A DNA stretch of 64,000 nt from Antedon mediterranea. Lineage: Eukaryota; Animalia; Echinodermata. The notes beneath the pieces were generated by a model that worked only from the letters and a program-made list of their open reading frames with translations, searched no databases and was not told the DNA's origin. Both the position numbers and the translations under genes were made by a program. The stretch's first letter is position 1. The number at the start of each line of letters is the position of its first letter. The stretch spans positions 26,347,648-26,411,647 of the forward strand of contig NC_092673.1 in the NCBI RefSeq assembly GCF_964355755.1. Direction: 5' to 3'. Shown here piece by piece: positions 52,697 to 63,820 of this stretch.

Positions 52697-53428
52697 TTTT
52701 TTCTGCTGTCTCTCTGCTTAATAGTGGTTGTAAATCTTGTTTGACAATTTGAAAATCAACTGTATATGACTTGTTTGTGGCGTCATTTTTAAGCGTTAGC
52801 ACACATTTTCCTAATGGGATGACTTTGCTCTTGTTATACATTGTTAACTTTGTGTGTGATTGTTCAATTTTGGTACTACCTAGTTCAACATATTTTACTG
52901 GTATCACGTTTACAGTAGCTCCGCTGTCCACTTGGAATTGTATTTTACTTCCATCATTCATGGTCATTTCCGCATATATTGGTCCTGTTGAAACATTGTA
53001 AATTTTGTCTTCAGTTACACTCAATGTACTATCATCTGAATCTTGTGCTTCAACACCATATAGCTTGGGTTTCCGTTTGCATACAATAGCGAAATGGTTC
53101 ATTAATTTGCATTTGTTGCACCGTTTACCCCAGGCAGGGCACATTTCTTTCTTTCTTGGGTGGCTGTTTCTACAATATTTGCATTTAGGCATGTTGCCAG
53201 ACGGTGCTCTGTCACTAGTTTTATGTTTTCCTGATGACTGAGGGGTTTCATGTTTCTGCTTATGTCCACCTATGTTCATCACTTTATGAACTTCTTCTTC
53301 CTCCAATGATTTACCAGAAATCACTTTCATTTGGTTGTATGTGTTTTCATAGCTGTGGCAGATGTCAATACATTTCTTTAAATCTATTTTTCTTTCTTGG
53401 AATAGTCGTTTTCTTACTCTTTCATCAT
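52668..53428 (-). CDS. Gypsy gag C-terminus (two zinc knuckles) and aspartic protease
   Basis: CKYCRNSHPRKKEMC, CNKCKLMNHFAIVC, FQVDSGATVNVI. Confidence 0.88.
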
Positions 53429-54991
53429 CTGGGGCGGATCCAGAGGGGGGGTCCACGGGGTCCGGACCCCCCCTAAATTTTAAGGGTGCCCTTTTTTTAG
53501 AGGTTCAATATTTTATTCGTGTGACATATTTGTGTGTATATTAGTATGCACAGAGTAGGCTACACTAACCCCAAAAATAAAAACAGAAATTTATCACAAT
53601 GAGCGCGATGTTAAGTTACGGCGGCCGATCAAAGAGCATCGTGAGAGGTGGTGACGCGTGATGATCTCTACTTAAACTTCTAAAAATAGATCGTTTCACA
53701 TACTACAGAGGGCGCATGTAAACTTTTTACGATTCAACTCCGCGTACGTTACAATGCGCGCTATGTCATTGACGCGATTATTTGTCCATTGGTAAACACA
53801 TTTTTATGTATTATTATTCTGAAACTAATTGAACTGTAAACATAATTCTTTTGAGTATTTGTTTATTTACATATCATTCTATCAGATCAACTATTTTTTA
53901 TTTCCATTACATCCAACCAAACATGTAAAAAATGTAGTTAAAATATCGTACTATCTAGCGCGTACGACCATACGCGGTAGATTGTTTACTCAAAAATCAT
54001 CGATACACTATTCAACCTTGGTCTTGTAGTTGAGCCTCTCATGACCTGGGATTTGTTTGTCTTCCTACGCCAAGATAATATAGTTCTACAAGCCATGTGC
54101 TTTTTTCTCTGAGAAATATTTATTATAAGTGCAAAAAAATGTTTTTTTCTCGATATGAAGCCTTTATTATTCAAATCTTTTAAAGAAAAATCACACATAC
54201 CATAAAGAAGGTTCATTTATTTCATTTTTGAAACAATATTTGTGAAAATTACGTGAGGCTCAACTACAAAACCACCATTTTGTGATATGATGTCATCGTG
54301 AGCTCACGATTGAATGATTTTGGATTCTGGCTATTTGATTGGTGGACGCGAATTACCCACAGCGGAATGTTTTCTCTCGCGTGTACCAAGAAGTCACGTG
54401 ATCTCTCTGTACTGAACGGTACTACACAAATTTAGAGAAATGGATTTGTACGAATTCCGTTAAATAAACAACTCTATATATTTTATAAACATTTAATAAC
54501 ATATTTTATTGATATTTCCAATGTTGATATATAAAAGAAATTACTATAAAACGTAATTATATGTAATTATTTTAGCGAAAAATGGCGCAATTTGTTTACA
54601 ACGTTCGTGGCTAAAAACGATCATTTTCGGCAATGTTTTAGACCCTATATTTCGAAAACTACAAGTCAGATTTTCGTAATTCTTTCTTTATTGGAATATT
54701 GAAACAAAATACCAACAGATAATGTTTAAATTGGTTGAAAAATAACAACTTTTAATTTTGCATCGTTATCCCTGCTAATAAAGTGTCATTTCCGGCGAAC
54801 TAGAAAGGTGCCATTTATCATGGATTTTGCGTGCGAGGGTGCCATTTCCGGCCATCTAAGTGTGTCCTGTAACAAAATTCGCTTCGCCACAACCCCCACC
54901 ATGGGGGGGGCTGTGGCTCAAATACTCAATATCTGATGTGCCCTTTTTATCGGCGGACCCCCCCTCTCAAAAATGTCTGGATCCGCCCCAG
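53429..54991. mobile_element. Non-autonomous DNA transposon nested in Gypsy gag
   Basis: TIR CTGGGGCGGATCCAG / CTGGATCCGCCCCAG with flanking ATCAT duplication. Removing it restores gag ...LVLGVHDERVRKRLFQE. Confidence 0.9.
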
Positions 54992-55519
54992 ATCATGTAC
55001 TCCCAGTACTAAACGATCTCGAATTAGACTATCTTTCATGCAATCACAGAAATTACAGGTTTTTCTGAGTATTTTCAAAGCATTTATATATGTGTCAATT
55101 GACTCGCCTTTTTCTTGTTTTCGGGAATTGAATTTATATCGTTCAAAAATTTCATTGGTTTCACCAAGAATAAACGTATCCAATTTTTGTATGATTTCCT
55201 CACACGTGTCAGATTCTAGTGGGTCACATCCATTATATATTTGGAGTGCATCAACACCCATGGTAGAGATCAGTAATGATTTCTTAAAATGAGGTGATCG
55301 TGATGGATGATCTAGGTTGCTAGCAATGGTATAATGTGTCCAAAGCTGCTTCCATAATTTCCAATTTTCCTGTTTACCATTTATGTCTAGTTTTACCGGT
55401 TCTGGGGGTTTAACATTGAACATCGGGACAGGCATTTGTATCGTCGGCAGTCCGTTGCCGTTAGCTTCATCCTGCAGGCCATGTGCGTCATTTTGCACGC
55501 CCTCCTCGCCGTCTGCCAT
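54992..55519 (-). CDS. gag: Gypsy gag N-terminus
   Basis: ENWKLWKQLW...ERYKFNSRKQEKGESIDTYI...LIRDRLVLG. Confidence 0.88.
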
Positions 55520-56068
55520 GCTGGCTAGGCTGGTCGTATCTATCTCGTGAGATTTAACAGTAAATATCTTACTTTACTTATCTGTGTTTCAGTGTGCAAT
55601 TCAGACTAATCTTTTCTTGCAATGAGCACCGCTGCCGCCATGTTTCACGTTTCGTGAATGGTAGAATATAACAATAAAGATACGGACTAAATAACTCGTG
55701 TTACTCGGTAGCCATATTTATTCAGATCAAGACATAGCGCCCTCAGTCGGGGCACGATACTGTGACATCATTAAATTTGCAATTTGTGAATATTGCATGT
55801 GTTGGTAGCATAATTATTACACACAAATACACATGTTTCAATAAAAAGAACCCAAATATTTACAACCTAGCAAACTAGCCTGAAGAGTAATTAAAATATA
55901 CTTGTACAGTAATAGCTCAGATAAAAGCATTTATATAGTATCAGCTCAGCATTGTCAGAAATAAATAAGATATTCTCCCCATTTATTTTTGTTTAACTCA
56001 TAAACAATCCTTATTGTATACAATTTAATTAACTGTAATCGCTTAATATAAAACATATTTACATATCA

Positions 56069-56392
56069 GAGTGAGTGAGTGGCCGAGCGGTTAAGACAGT
56101 GGAACCGTAATTACGTAGCCATAACATCGGCAAGGGTTCGAGGCTCACTCACTCCATGGTTCTGGTGGTAGAACGAGTCTTCTCGGATAAGGACTATAAA
56201 CCGTAGGTCCAGTGTACACAACTAGCTCGTGTGCACTTTAAAGAACCTAGTACATCTTTCGAGACGAGTAGGGGGTTACCCCGGTGTATCAGTACATCAC
56301 AGCCACTGATCACCAACTGGGTCCTCTGGGAGATCAGTCTTTGACTGAAGAGGTCACCCAGTATAAAAATGAACAAACAAACAAACAATAAA
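56069..56392 (+). mobile_element. tRNA-derived SINE
   Basis: A-box TGGCCGAGCGG and B-box GGTTCGAGGC in a tRNA-like head, unrelated body, (AAAC)n tail. Confidence 0.8.
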
Positions 56393-56429
56393 ATGAGAAT
56401 ATTGAAAAATAAAATAGCTGTTCAATTAT

Positions 56430-57890
56430 TTAATGTTTATTGTAGTGCCGCAGTGGCCATATTATACAGTACACCGGCACCACTTTGTCTACAGAGTCTG
56501 ACGCGGGTCGGTAAAACACTAGACGATGAATCTGCAACGGTCTCATTCTGAGCCGGCAGAACGGGAGTAGGTCGACGAAGCTGGCGAGGAAGCCCAGAGT
56601 CCTAAGCCAGTCGAATACCGTTGGAGCCAAACTCGTGAGCAGACCGGCCAGAGCTGCCTGAGCCGAGACCACTCGCGCTGCAGTTGGGTGAGCCACGCAT
56701 GTGTTCAGATTGATCCGGTCTCCAAGGCATTGCGGGTACTGAGTCGGGAGCAGGCACAACTTGTCTCGATTTATTAGGAAACCTACTCGTTCCGTCGCGT
56801 CGAGAACGAAATCTATGTTGCGCAGCAACTGATCTCTTGACTGGGCTACAACCAACTAATCGTCGAGGTACATGTGTATACGGATACCGTGTCGATGCAG
56901 GAACGCTGCCAGCGCCCGAACGACATGTGTGGAGACCCGTGGGGCTGTCGACAGCCCGAACAGGAGAGCGACGAATTGGTAAATTTGGTTGTTTATGCGG
57001 AAGCGCAGCCACAGCTGATCGGCCTCGAACATGGGTACACGGAAGTACGCATCCTTGAGATCTTGAGGCTTAGGCTCCTCGTCGCAGGTCAAGCAGAATC
57101 GTGGAGAGCGTCTCCATTCTGAATTTGGCCGGTCGGATGTAGCGCTTGTTGAGACTCTTGACATTTACAATCGGTCTCTATCCGCCGGAGGATTTGCGCA
57201 CCAGGAACATCGTAGACTCGTGTCCTGGTGGGGCGTGTAGAGCGTCGACCGGAACAACCGCGCCGTCTAGGAGAGCGCTGCGTATTTCTGGATCGCTCGG
57301 GATCCGAGTGTGGCTTATCGTCCCTGGCACCAGGGTAGCTGTAAATTCGATACGGTAGCCCTCCCGTACGGTTACGCAGACCCAACTACTGTCCGCTTCT
57401 AGAAGTGAGTTCCACGCTCCTTGTATGCGTATTCTACCCCGAGGTAAGTTAGCACCGCAGGTACTACACGATTAACAAAAGTTTGGAGCCCGGGTGCCCC
57501 CGAACCATCGCCATAACCAAAAAAAGACACAAGCGTTTCGTCGTCCTCCATGTAGATGTCCTCGGGTTCTGGTGCTGCGGGAAGAAGGACAGTCGGAGGG
57601 GGTTGCATATATGGCACCGACGGAGGGCCATCCTTGGGCAGTGCTTGTACGGCCGCCACGACCGCCTGTAGAAAGGCGGGAGACAAGTCAAATTGTTGCT
57701 CCGCAGGAGCTTGACTTTGCATATTTTGATACGTACGGCTGTGTAATAATTGGAATCGGCGGTGTAATAACCGGAATCGGCGGCGGAATTTCCGGGACTG
57801 GGGGAAACGGCGGAGTCTCCGCAGGAGACTCGGGCCTAGGCGAGGCAAGTCTTAACGTCTTTCTCGCGTGCTGGAAGCATGGTGACTAAG
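56430..57890 (-). mobile_element. Degenerate DIRS-type retrotransposon fragment (gag-like and RT/RNase H)
   Basis: GC-rich. DLKDAYF, YQFVALLFGLSTAPRV, MYLDD(W), GFLINRDK, LRMRPLQ, split by frameshifts and stops. Confidence 0.8.
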
Positions 57891-58254
57891 CACACGTACA
57901 GCCCACAACAATCGACCAAGGAAAGCCGGCACCGGGTCTTGGCTAGCAATGTTCCCTTAGCACAGTAACAACAGACCGAAATCCCACGGATTACGGCCGA
58001 AACTATAATACTTAGCTTCGTTGGAGATAAAATTAGCGTGAGTAGCGTTGCTTTTATTCTTCTAGCAGTAGCTGCTCACACAACAAACAGATCTTTCGCG
58101 TATAAATCCAATCCAACGGCAAGGCTCTAGGCTCAGTATAGTACAATACAATACTATAGGCTATCCTAATACAATACAATAGGTTCTATTGTTCTCTCTC
58201 TCCAGCTAGTCACGTAATAGACTACCAACACCACTATTGGTTTGTGTAGATATT

Positions 58255-58325
58255 GATATCTGAGTTTTCTAGATCTAGAAAAGTCAGATATCTGAGTTTT
58301 CTAGATCTAGAAAACTCAGATATAT
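58255..58325. repeat. Two tandem copies of a ~32-36-bp palindrome
   Basis: atatctgagttttctagatctagaaaa(g/c)tcagatat occurs twice, overlapping. Confidence 0.85.
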
Positions 58326-59089
58326 CTGAGATTCCTGTAGCATTTATTTTAGTTAAATGAATAAAAAAAAATAGTTCGTCATGCAAGACTGATTAAAGAA
58401 GTCATGTGACACATAGAAGGTGGCAAAATTCTAAGGTGTTGGCACTTTGCATAACAAAAACACCTTGCATTGTAATCAAGTTGAAGTCTTTGGTAGAGCA
58501 GCCTTGTCATGCTAGAAGGTTCATTGATTACTGGCCCTATTTGGAAATTGGACCGTTGCCAATAATATGAATTATATACTTGCGCAGGTAGTTTTTAATA
58601 TACTATAGAATCTGAGTGAAGTTAATAGATTTCCGTAGTCATTTTATTGATGGACTGAGATAAGGCAGTATAAAATAAACTTTGTTTACACCTCCATGGT
58701 TGACTATTATAGTTAACAATACAACAACACCAAAACCTTCCGAAACAGGAAACAATACAAATAATAGTTCCGAGAGGTATTGGTATAGCTTATTTCTTAA
58801 TACTGGGCCTAGCTTGGAGAAAGAATTTAATAGTTCCATAAGATAAGAGAAATTGCTTAAAACAGTTATACACATTTACATAGTTTTAGTAAATTGGAAA
58901 AAAAGTCTCACCCCAAGATTTTGAATTGGTTGAAGTTTGTTGGTATTGCTACTGGATAGAGACTGGGTGACAGAATTTTAAGTGGCAACAGGTCTAGAAA
59001 CGTACTGCTACTATTACCATAAATAGCGTAATTTATTAATGTTTCAGTGTAAAAATGTATACAGATACTATTTGTTATTTTTCAGGAAA

Positions 59090-62000
59090 ATGGCATCTCT
59101 TGAAAGGAATGATGAGTTTGACGACTTGAAGGCTGAACTTGGTAAACACTACAAAGGTGAAAAGTATGATATGTTGAAATTCTGCCTATTGAATATCCTA
59201 CCTCACGGAGATATTAAACAAAACTTTATAGCGAACGATATATTTAATGTACTTGAAAAAAAGGGTGTTATCTCAGCTGATAATGTTTGCTTTCTCCTCG
59301 AGATTTCTAAACTGTCTAATCAAAGGAAAGCTATGGATCTTGTAAGAAACTATATGAAAGATAACAATCTTATAAATTCAGGTACGCAAAAGTTTTCATC
59401 ATACCGAAAAAGATTGTTCAAGGCTTTACAGGAAGTTAGAGAAGATACATTAGATAGGATAATTTCTCGCTATGATCTGAGAGACCTTGCCGATAATTTA
59501 CCAAATATTTGGGCGGTTGTTTGTTATCTGGAAAGAGAGTTACGTTTAGAAGATAAACCTGATAAAATAAAGCGGTTTTCAAAACTTCTTCCGGAACAAG
59601 CAAGAAAAATAATACTTGATGGTAATTACAATGAATTCTGATAATTTATATTGAAGTTTTAATAATAACTGTAATATTGTGGGTCATTAGGCATGTTCAT
59701 ATTAAGATATGATGATCTATTATCATGATACGTTTAGCACGATAAAGAGAAACTGTTCACATAGAAATCATATCACGATCTCTTTTATGGTAATGGTATT
59801 AAGTTACATAATAGCTGAGAGCCAATAATGTTGCGCGCAATACTAACTCTAACGCTGATTGGTTGATTCTATCTTGTGAATTAATTAATCACATTAAACT
59901 AGGTCAGTCATGTTTCTCCTTCATGCTCAACAGATCACATTAAGCTGATTAAGCTGATCACGTTTTTTGATAAATAGGTTCACATAAAATTACATCGTAA
60001 TCAATGGTGAATGTGAACCCATATTGAAAAGGAAAAAATAGGCTTTTTCTTGTAGAAATTTATTATTTCTATAGTTTTAAATAAAAACTTTTACTGTAGC
60101 TTTTAATGATCCAATGAGAATTAATAAATTCCTAGACTTGAAATTGGCCTGGAATATATTCCCCTGTCAGTTTAGCATTTCTCTTGTTTTATTAGATGAG
60201 TCAAAAGATCAAGTAAAGAAACCAAGAAAATAAAAAAAGAGACAATAAATCCTTTATTTTAATTCCAATACTGACCTATATACCAAACAAATTACTTATT
60301 ATTCTCTAGAGTTATTATCTGAAGGCTAATAAAAGCAAAATAATTATTAAGAGTAAACTCTGATCAATTTAATGAAGATAATAACTGAGATTGAAGAAAT
60401 GAAAACTAAAGTTATACTGTTCACAGACAATTTAACAATTAAAAAATGTTGTTATTTTTTATATATACCTATTAATTAAAATTTGATTTATTTGATAGAG
60501 ACAACATTAAAAGACTATGTAAGAGAAATGTTTTTACAGAAAAAATGTTTTGTGAAAACAGATTCTGAGAAATCACCGAAAGAAATGGAACTAATTAAAG
60601 GTACGTAAAGAAGTATTTAATGTAAGATTTGTTGTTAATATTTAGAGTAATGTTTCATTTCATTTATTTGACCCAAAAAAAAGCAACCTAGACCACTATG
60701 ACTCGATGACGGTCAGTAATTCCTTTATACAAAATAAAATAGTTTTAATCTTGTTCATATTTTGCTTTTTATTAATAAAATAATATTTAGTTTACAGAAT
60801 ATAATTATGAATTCTATACATCTACAAATGCACTTTAAGAAGTGTGTGTTTATATTTTTTAAACCTATAATACAGTTGTGCAAATTTTATAGTTTTTGTT
60901 TCTTTTACATTTTAAAATTCTTGTACATTCATTTATGCTGTGTATATCTTAAGCAATAAAGAAACATAAAAGTTGACATGAATCCGGTAAATATATATTA
61001 AATTGCTGCAAACCCATTGTCTGGTTTAATTTAAATTTTTTTTTTCAGGTATTGATGACAGTGAATCCTCAACCTCACATCAACAGCTACCAAGTCGAGA
61101 TACAATGACCGATGAACATGCTGTAGATGAGATATGTAACTCTGTAAGGAGATTTTGCACTTACATGAGATGTGGTGAGAGCTTAAAAACAGACCAGGAT
61201 GTCATAAAGATGATAAGTAGTCTTAATCAGGAAGAAGAAAAATGGAAACATAGGTATAGATGGAAATGGATTCAACTGGAATCATCAGAAGACATTGGTA
61301 GAATGCTAGCTCATGTTTTGATTACTGTAAAAGATGAAAAGTATATGTTATTTAAAATCAGTGAATCATGTACTGATGATGTGGTAAAAGGATTATCTAC
61401 TGAATGTAGTAAATACATGTTTAAATATAGTATTGAAGGTTTTTCTTGGGTTGAGTCTCATATTTATATTTCTACATCATTTTTACTCCACTTTTTGATT
61501 AATGCACCAAGACTTCAATACCTTAATTTAAGTGAAACATATGCTAATATGAATGATATTGTTAGTGTACTATCGCAGAAATGTTTAGTGTTGGCATTAG
61601 ATAATCTCAATATCGGTTTTAATAAACTCAATGATATCACAGGTTCTTCACTCGGCACATTACTGGCTATTTCTCCTAAACTGAAAACACTTGACATGTA
61701 CAACTGCAGTCTGTCAGGTGTTTTCATAGATGCTATGGTGAAGGAATGTGTCAATAGGAACCTAGTGTTGGAATTAAATAATCTTAATATCAGTGGGAAT
61801 ATTCTCAGTAATATCAAAGGTTCTGTACTTGGCACATTACTGGCTATTTCTCCTAAACTGAAAACACTTAAATTGCACTACTGCAATCTATCAGGTGTTA
61901 TCATAGATGCTATGGCCAGGGAATGTGTCAATAGGAACCTAGTGTTGGAATTAGATAATCTTGATATCAGTGAGAATAATCTTGGTGATATCGCAGCTTC

Positions 62001-62844
62001 TTCACTAGGCACATTACTGGCTATTTCTCCTAAACTGAAAACACTTTACATATACAGCTGCAGTCTGTCAGGTGTTATCATAGATGCTATGTTTAGGGAA
62101 TGTGTCAATAGGAACTTAGTGTTGGAATTAGATAATCTTAATATCAGTGTGAATACACTCAGTGATATCACAGGTTCTGTACTTGGCACATTACTGGCTA
62201 TTTCTCCTAAACTGAAAACACTTAACATGCTCTACTGTAATCTGTCAGGTGTTATCATAGATACTATGGTGAAGGAATGTGTCAATAGGAACGTAGTGTT
62301 GGAATTAGATAATCTTGATATCCATGGTAATAATCTCAGTGATATCACAGGTTCTGTACTTGGCACATTACTGGCTATTTCTCCTAAACTGAAAACACTT
62401 AACATGAGCAAATGCCATCTGTCAGGTGTAATCATAGATGCTATCGTGAGGGAATGTGTCAATAGGAACCTAGTGTTGGAATTAAATAATCTTAAGATAA
62501 GTAAGAATGTTCTCATTGATATCACAGGTTCTATACTTGGCACATTACTGGCTATTTCTCCTAAACTGAAAACACTTAAAATGTACAATTGCAGTCTGTC
62601 AGGTGTTATCATAGATGCTATGGTGAGGGAATGTGTCAATAGGAACCTAGTGTTGAAATTAGATCATCTTGAAATCCGCAGGAATAATCTCACTGATATC
62701 ACAGGTTCTTCACTAACCACATTACTGACTATTTCTCCTAAACTGAGAAAGTTTGGTATGCGTAAGTGTAAATTACCTAATGATATAGTGCAGGATATGA
62801 GGCAACACTTTCAGAGTATAAATGGTAAATTTTCCTATCAATAA
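59090..62844 (+). CDS. Tandem-DED + ribonuclease-inhibitor-type LRR protein (NLR-like but lacking NACHT), ~810 aa
   Basis: Exons 59090-59621 (tDED: MLKFCL...IFNVLEKKGVISADNVCFLLEI...SSYRKRLFKAL), 60499(or 60562)-60600 (linker) and 61049-62844 (LRR), all joined in phase 1. Seven 59-aa (177-nt) two-LRR units. Confidence 0.8.
61590..62780 (+). repeat. Intragenic 177-nt tandem repeat (x7) encoding alternating A/B LRRs
   Basis: ctggctatttctcctaaactgaaaacactt recurs every 177 nt (e.g. 61681, 61858). Confidence 0.95.
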
Positions 62845-63364
62845 CTGCTATACAGTATTACTAAAGTGCAGCTTAATTTGACATTCATTAAACTGCAGGA
62901 TACAGGTAAAGTAGAGGCATTTTCATGTTTGACTTGAGAACATTTAAAAAAATATAAATAGTAAATTACGGATGTGTATTACAGCCAAAAAAAAAAAAAA
63001 TAAACCTCGATATGATAATTCTTGTATATGAAAAATTGATATTTTTTTATACTGATGAGACAATGCCTGATTTTTGTTGTTGGTAGCAATATGCCTCCAT
63101 TGTAACTGTACATAATTTTGATTTATTTACGATAATGTTTGGTTATTTAAAGTTCTTGCATGTCGTTTCTTAATACTGTAATAATGTGAACATTTTATTT
63201 TCCCAAAACTTTTAAACTTAATAAAATCAGGTTGATTTACTTTAATACTAATATTTGTTTGTTATCATAATCTTTGGTAATATAAATATAAATGCTTTAT
63301 TCATTGTGATTAAGTGAATATTATACAAATTATGTTATAATATTTCTAAGCAATATGTCATTAT

Positions 63365-63820
63365 TATACTGTGCATTTTCAGTCAATAGCATATACTTGT
63401 GTTAATTGGGGCAGGGGGTTGTAAATGAAGTACAGTGGTTGTTACTGTGTATTTTCAGTCAATAGCATATACTTGTGTTAATTGGGGTAGAGGGTTGTAA
63501 ATGAAGTACAGTGGTTGTTACTGTGCATTTTCAGTCAATAGCATATACTTGTGTTAGTTGGGGCAGGGGGTTGTAAATGAAGTACAGTGGTTGTTACTGT
63601 GCATTTTCAGTCAGCATATACTTGTGTTAATTGGGGCAGGGGGGTTGTAAATGAAGTACAGTGGTTGTTACTGTGCATTTTCAGTCAATAGCATATACTT
63701 GTGTTAATTGGGGCAGGGGGGTTGTAAATGAAGTACAGTGGTTGTTACTGTGCATTTTCAGTCAATAGCATATACTTGTGTTAATTGGGGCAGGGGAGCA
63801 TTAAATGAAGTACAGTGGTT
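63365..63820 (+). repeat. 76-bp minisatellite, ~6 copies, in the 3' flank of the LRR gene
   Basis: gtaaatgaagtacagtgg recurs at 63421, 63497, 63573, 63647, 63724 and 63801. Confidence 0.95.

Larger units (their letters stand above)
49635..55767 (-). mobile_element. Full-length Ty3/Gypsy (Mag / K02A2.6-like) LTR retrotransposon, disrupted
   Basis: Identical 127-bp LTRs at 49635-49761 and 55641-55767 (TG...CA) with 5-bp TSD TCATT. PBS TGGCGGCAGCGGTG (tRNA-Leu-like) and PPT aaaaaaggaagga. Order gag-PR-RT-RNaseH-IN. Confidence 0.97.

Noticed and set aside
52696-52702. Programmed ribosomal frameshift between gag-PR and pol
   Set aside because: Mag-like elements generally have one ORF, and removing one A from the homopolymer restores AEKMKLITV; a mutation or sequencing error is more likely.
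56069-56155. tRNA gene
   Set aside because: The A and B boxes continue into a SINE body with an (AAAC)n tail, and there is no convincing anticodon arm or poly-T terminator.
56369-57889. GC-rich ORF cluster as a horizontally transferred or bacterial gene
   Set aside because: The motifs identify a frameshifted DIRS-type RT, and the other ORFs are overlapping frames.
61515-62639. Antisense repetitive ORFs over the LRR exon
   Set aside because: By-products of the 177-nt repeat with no independent coding signal.
63365-63820. CRISPR-like array or repeated exons
   Set aside because: Head-to-tail 76-bp minisatellite without spacers, downstream of the stop codon.
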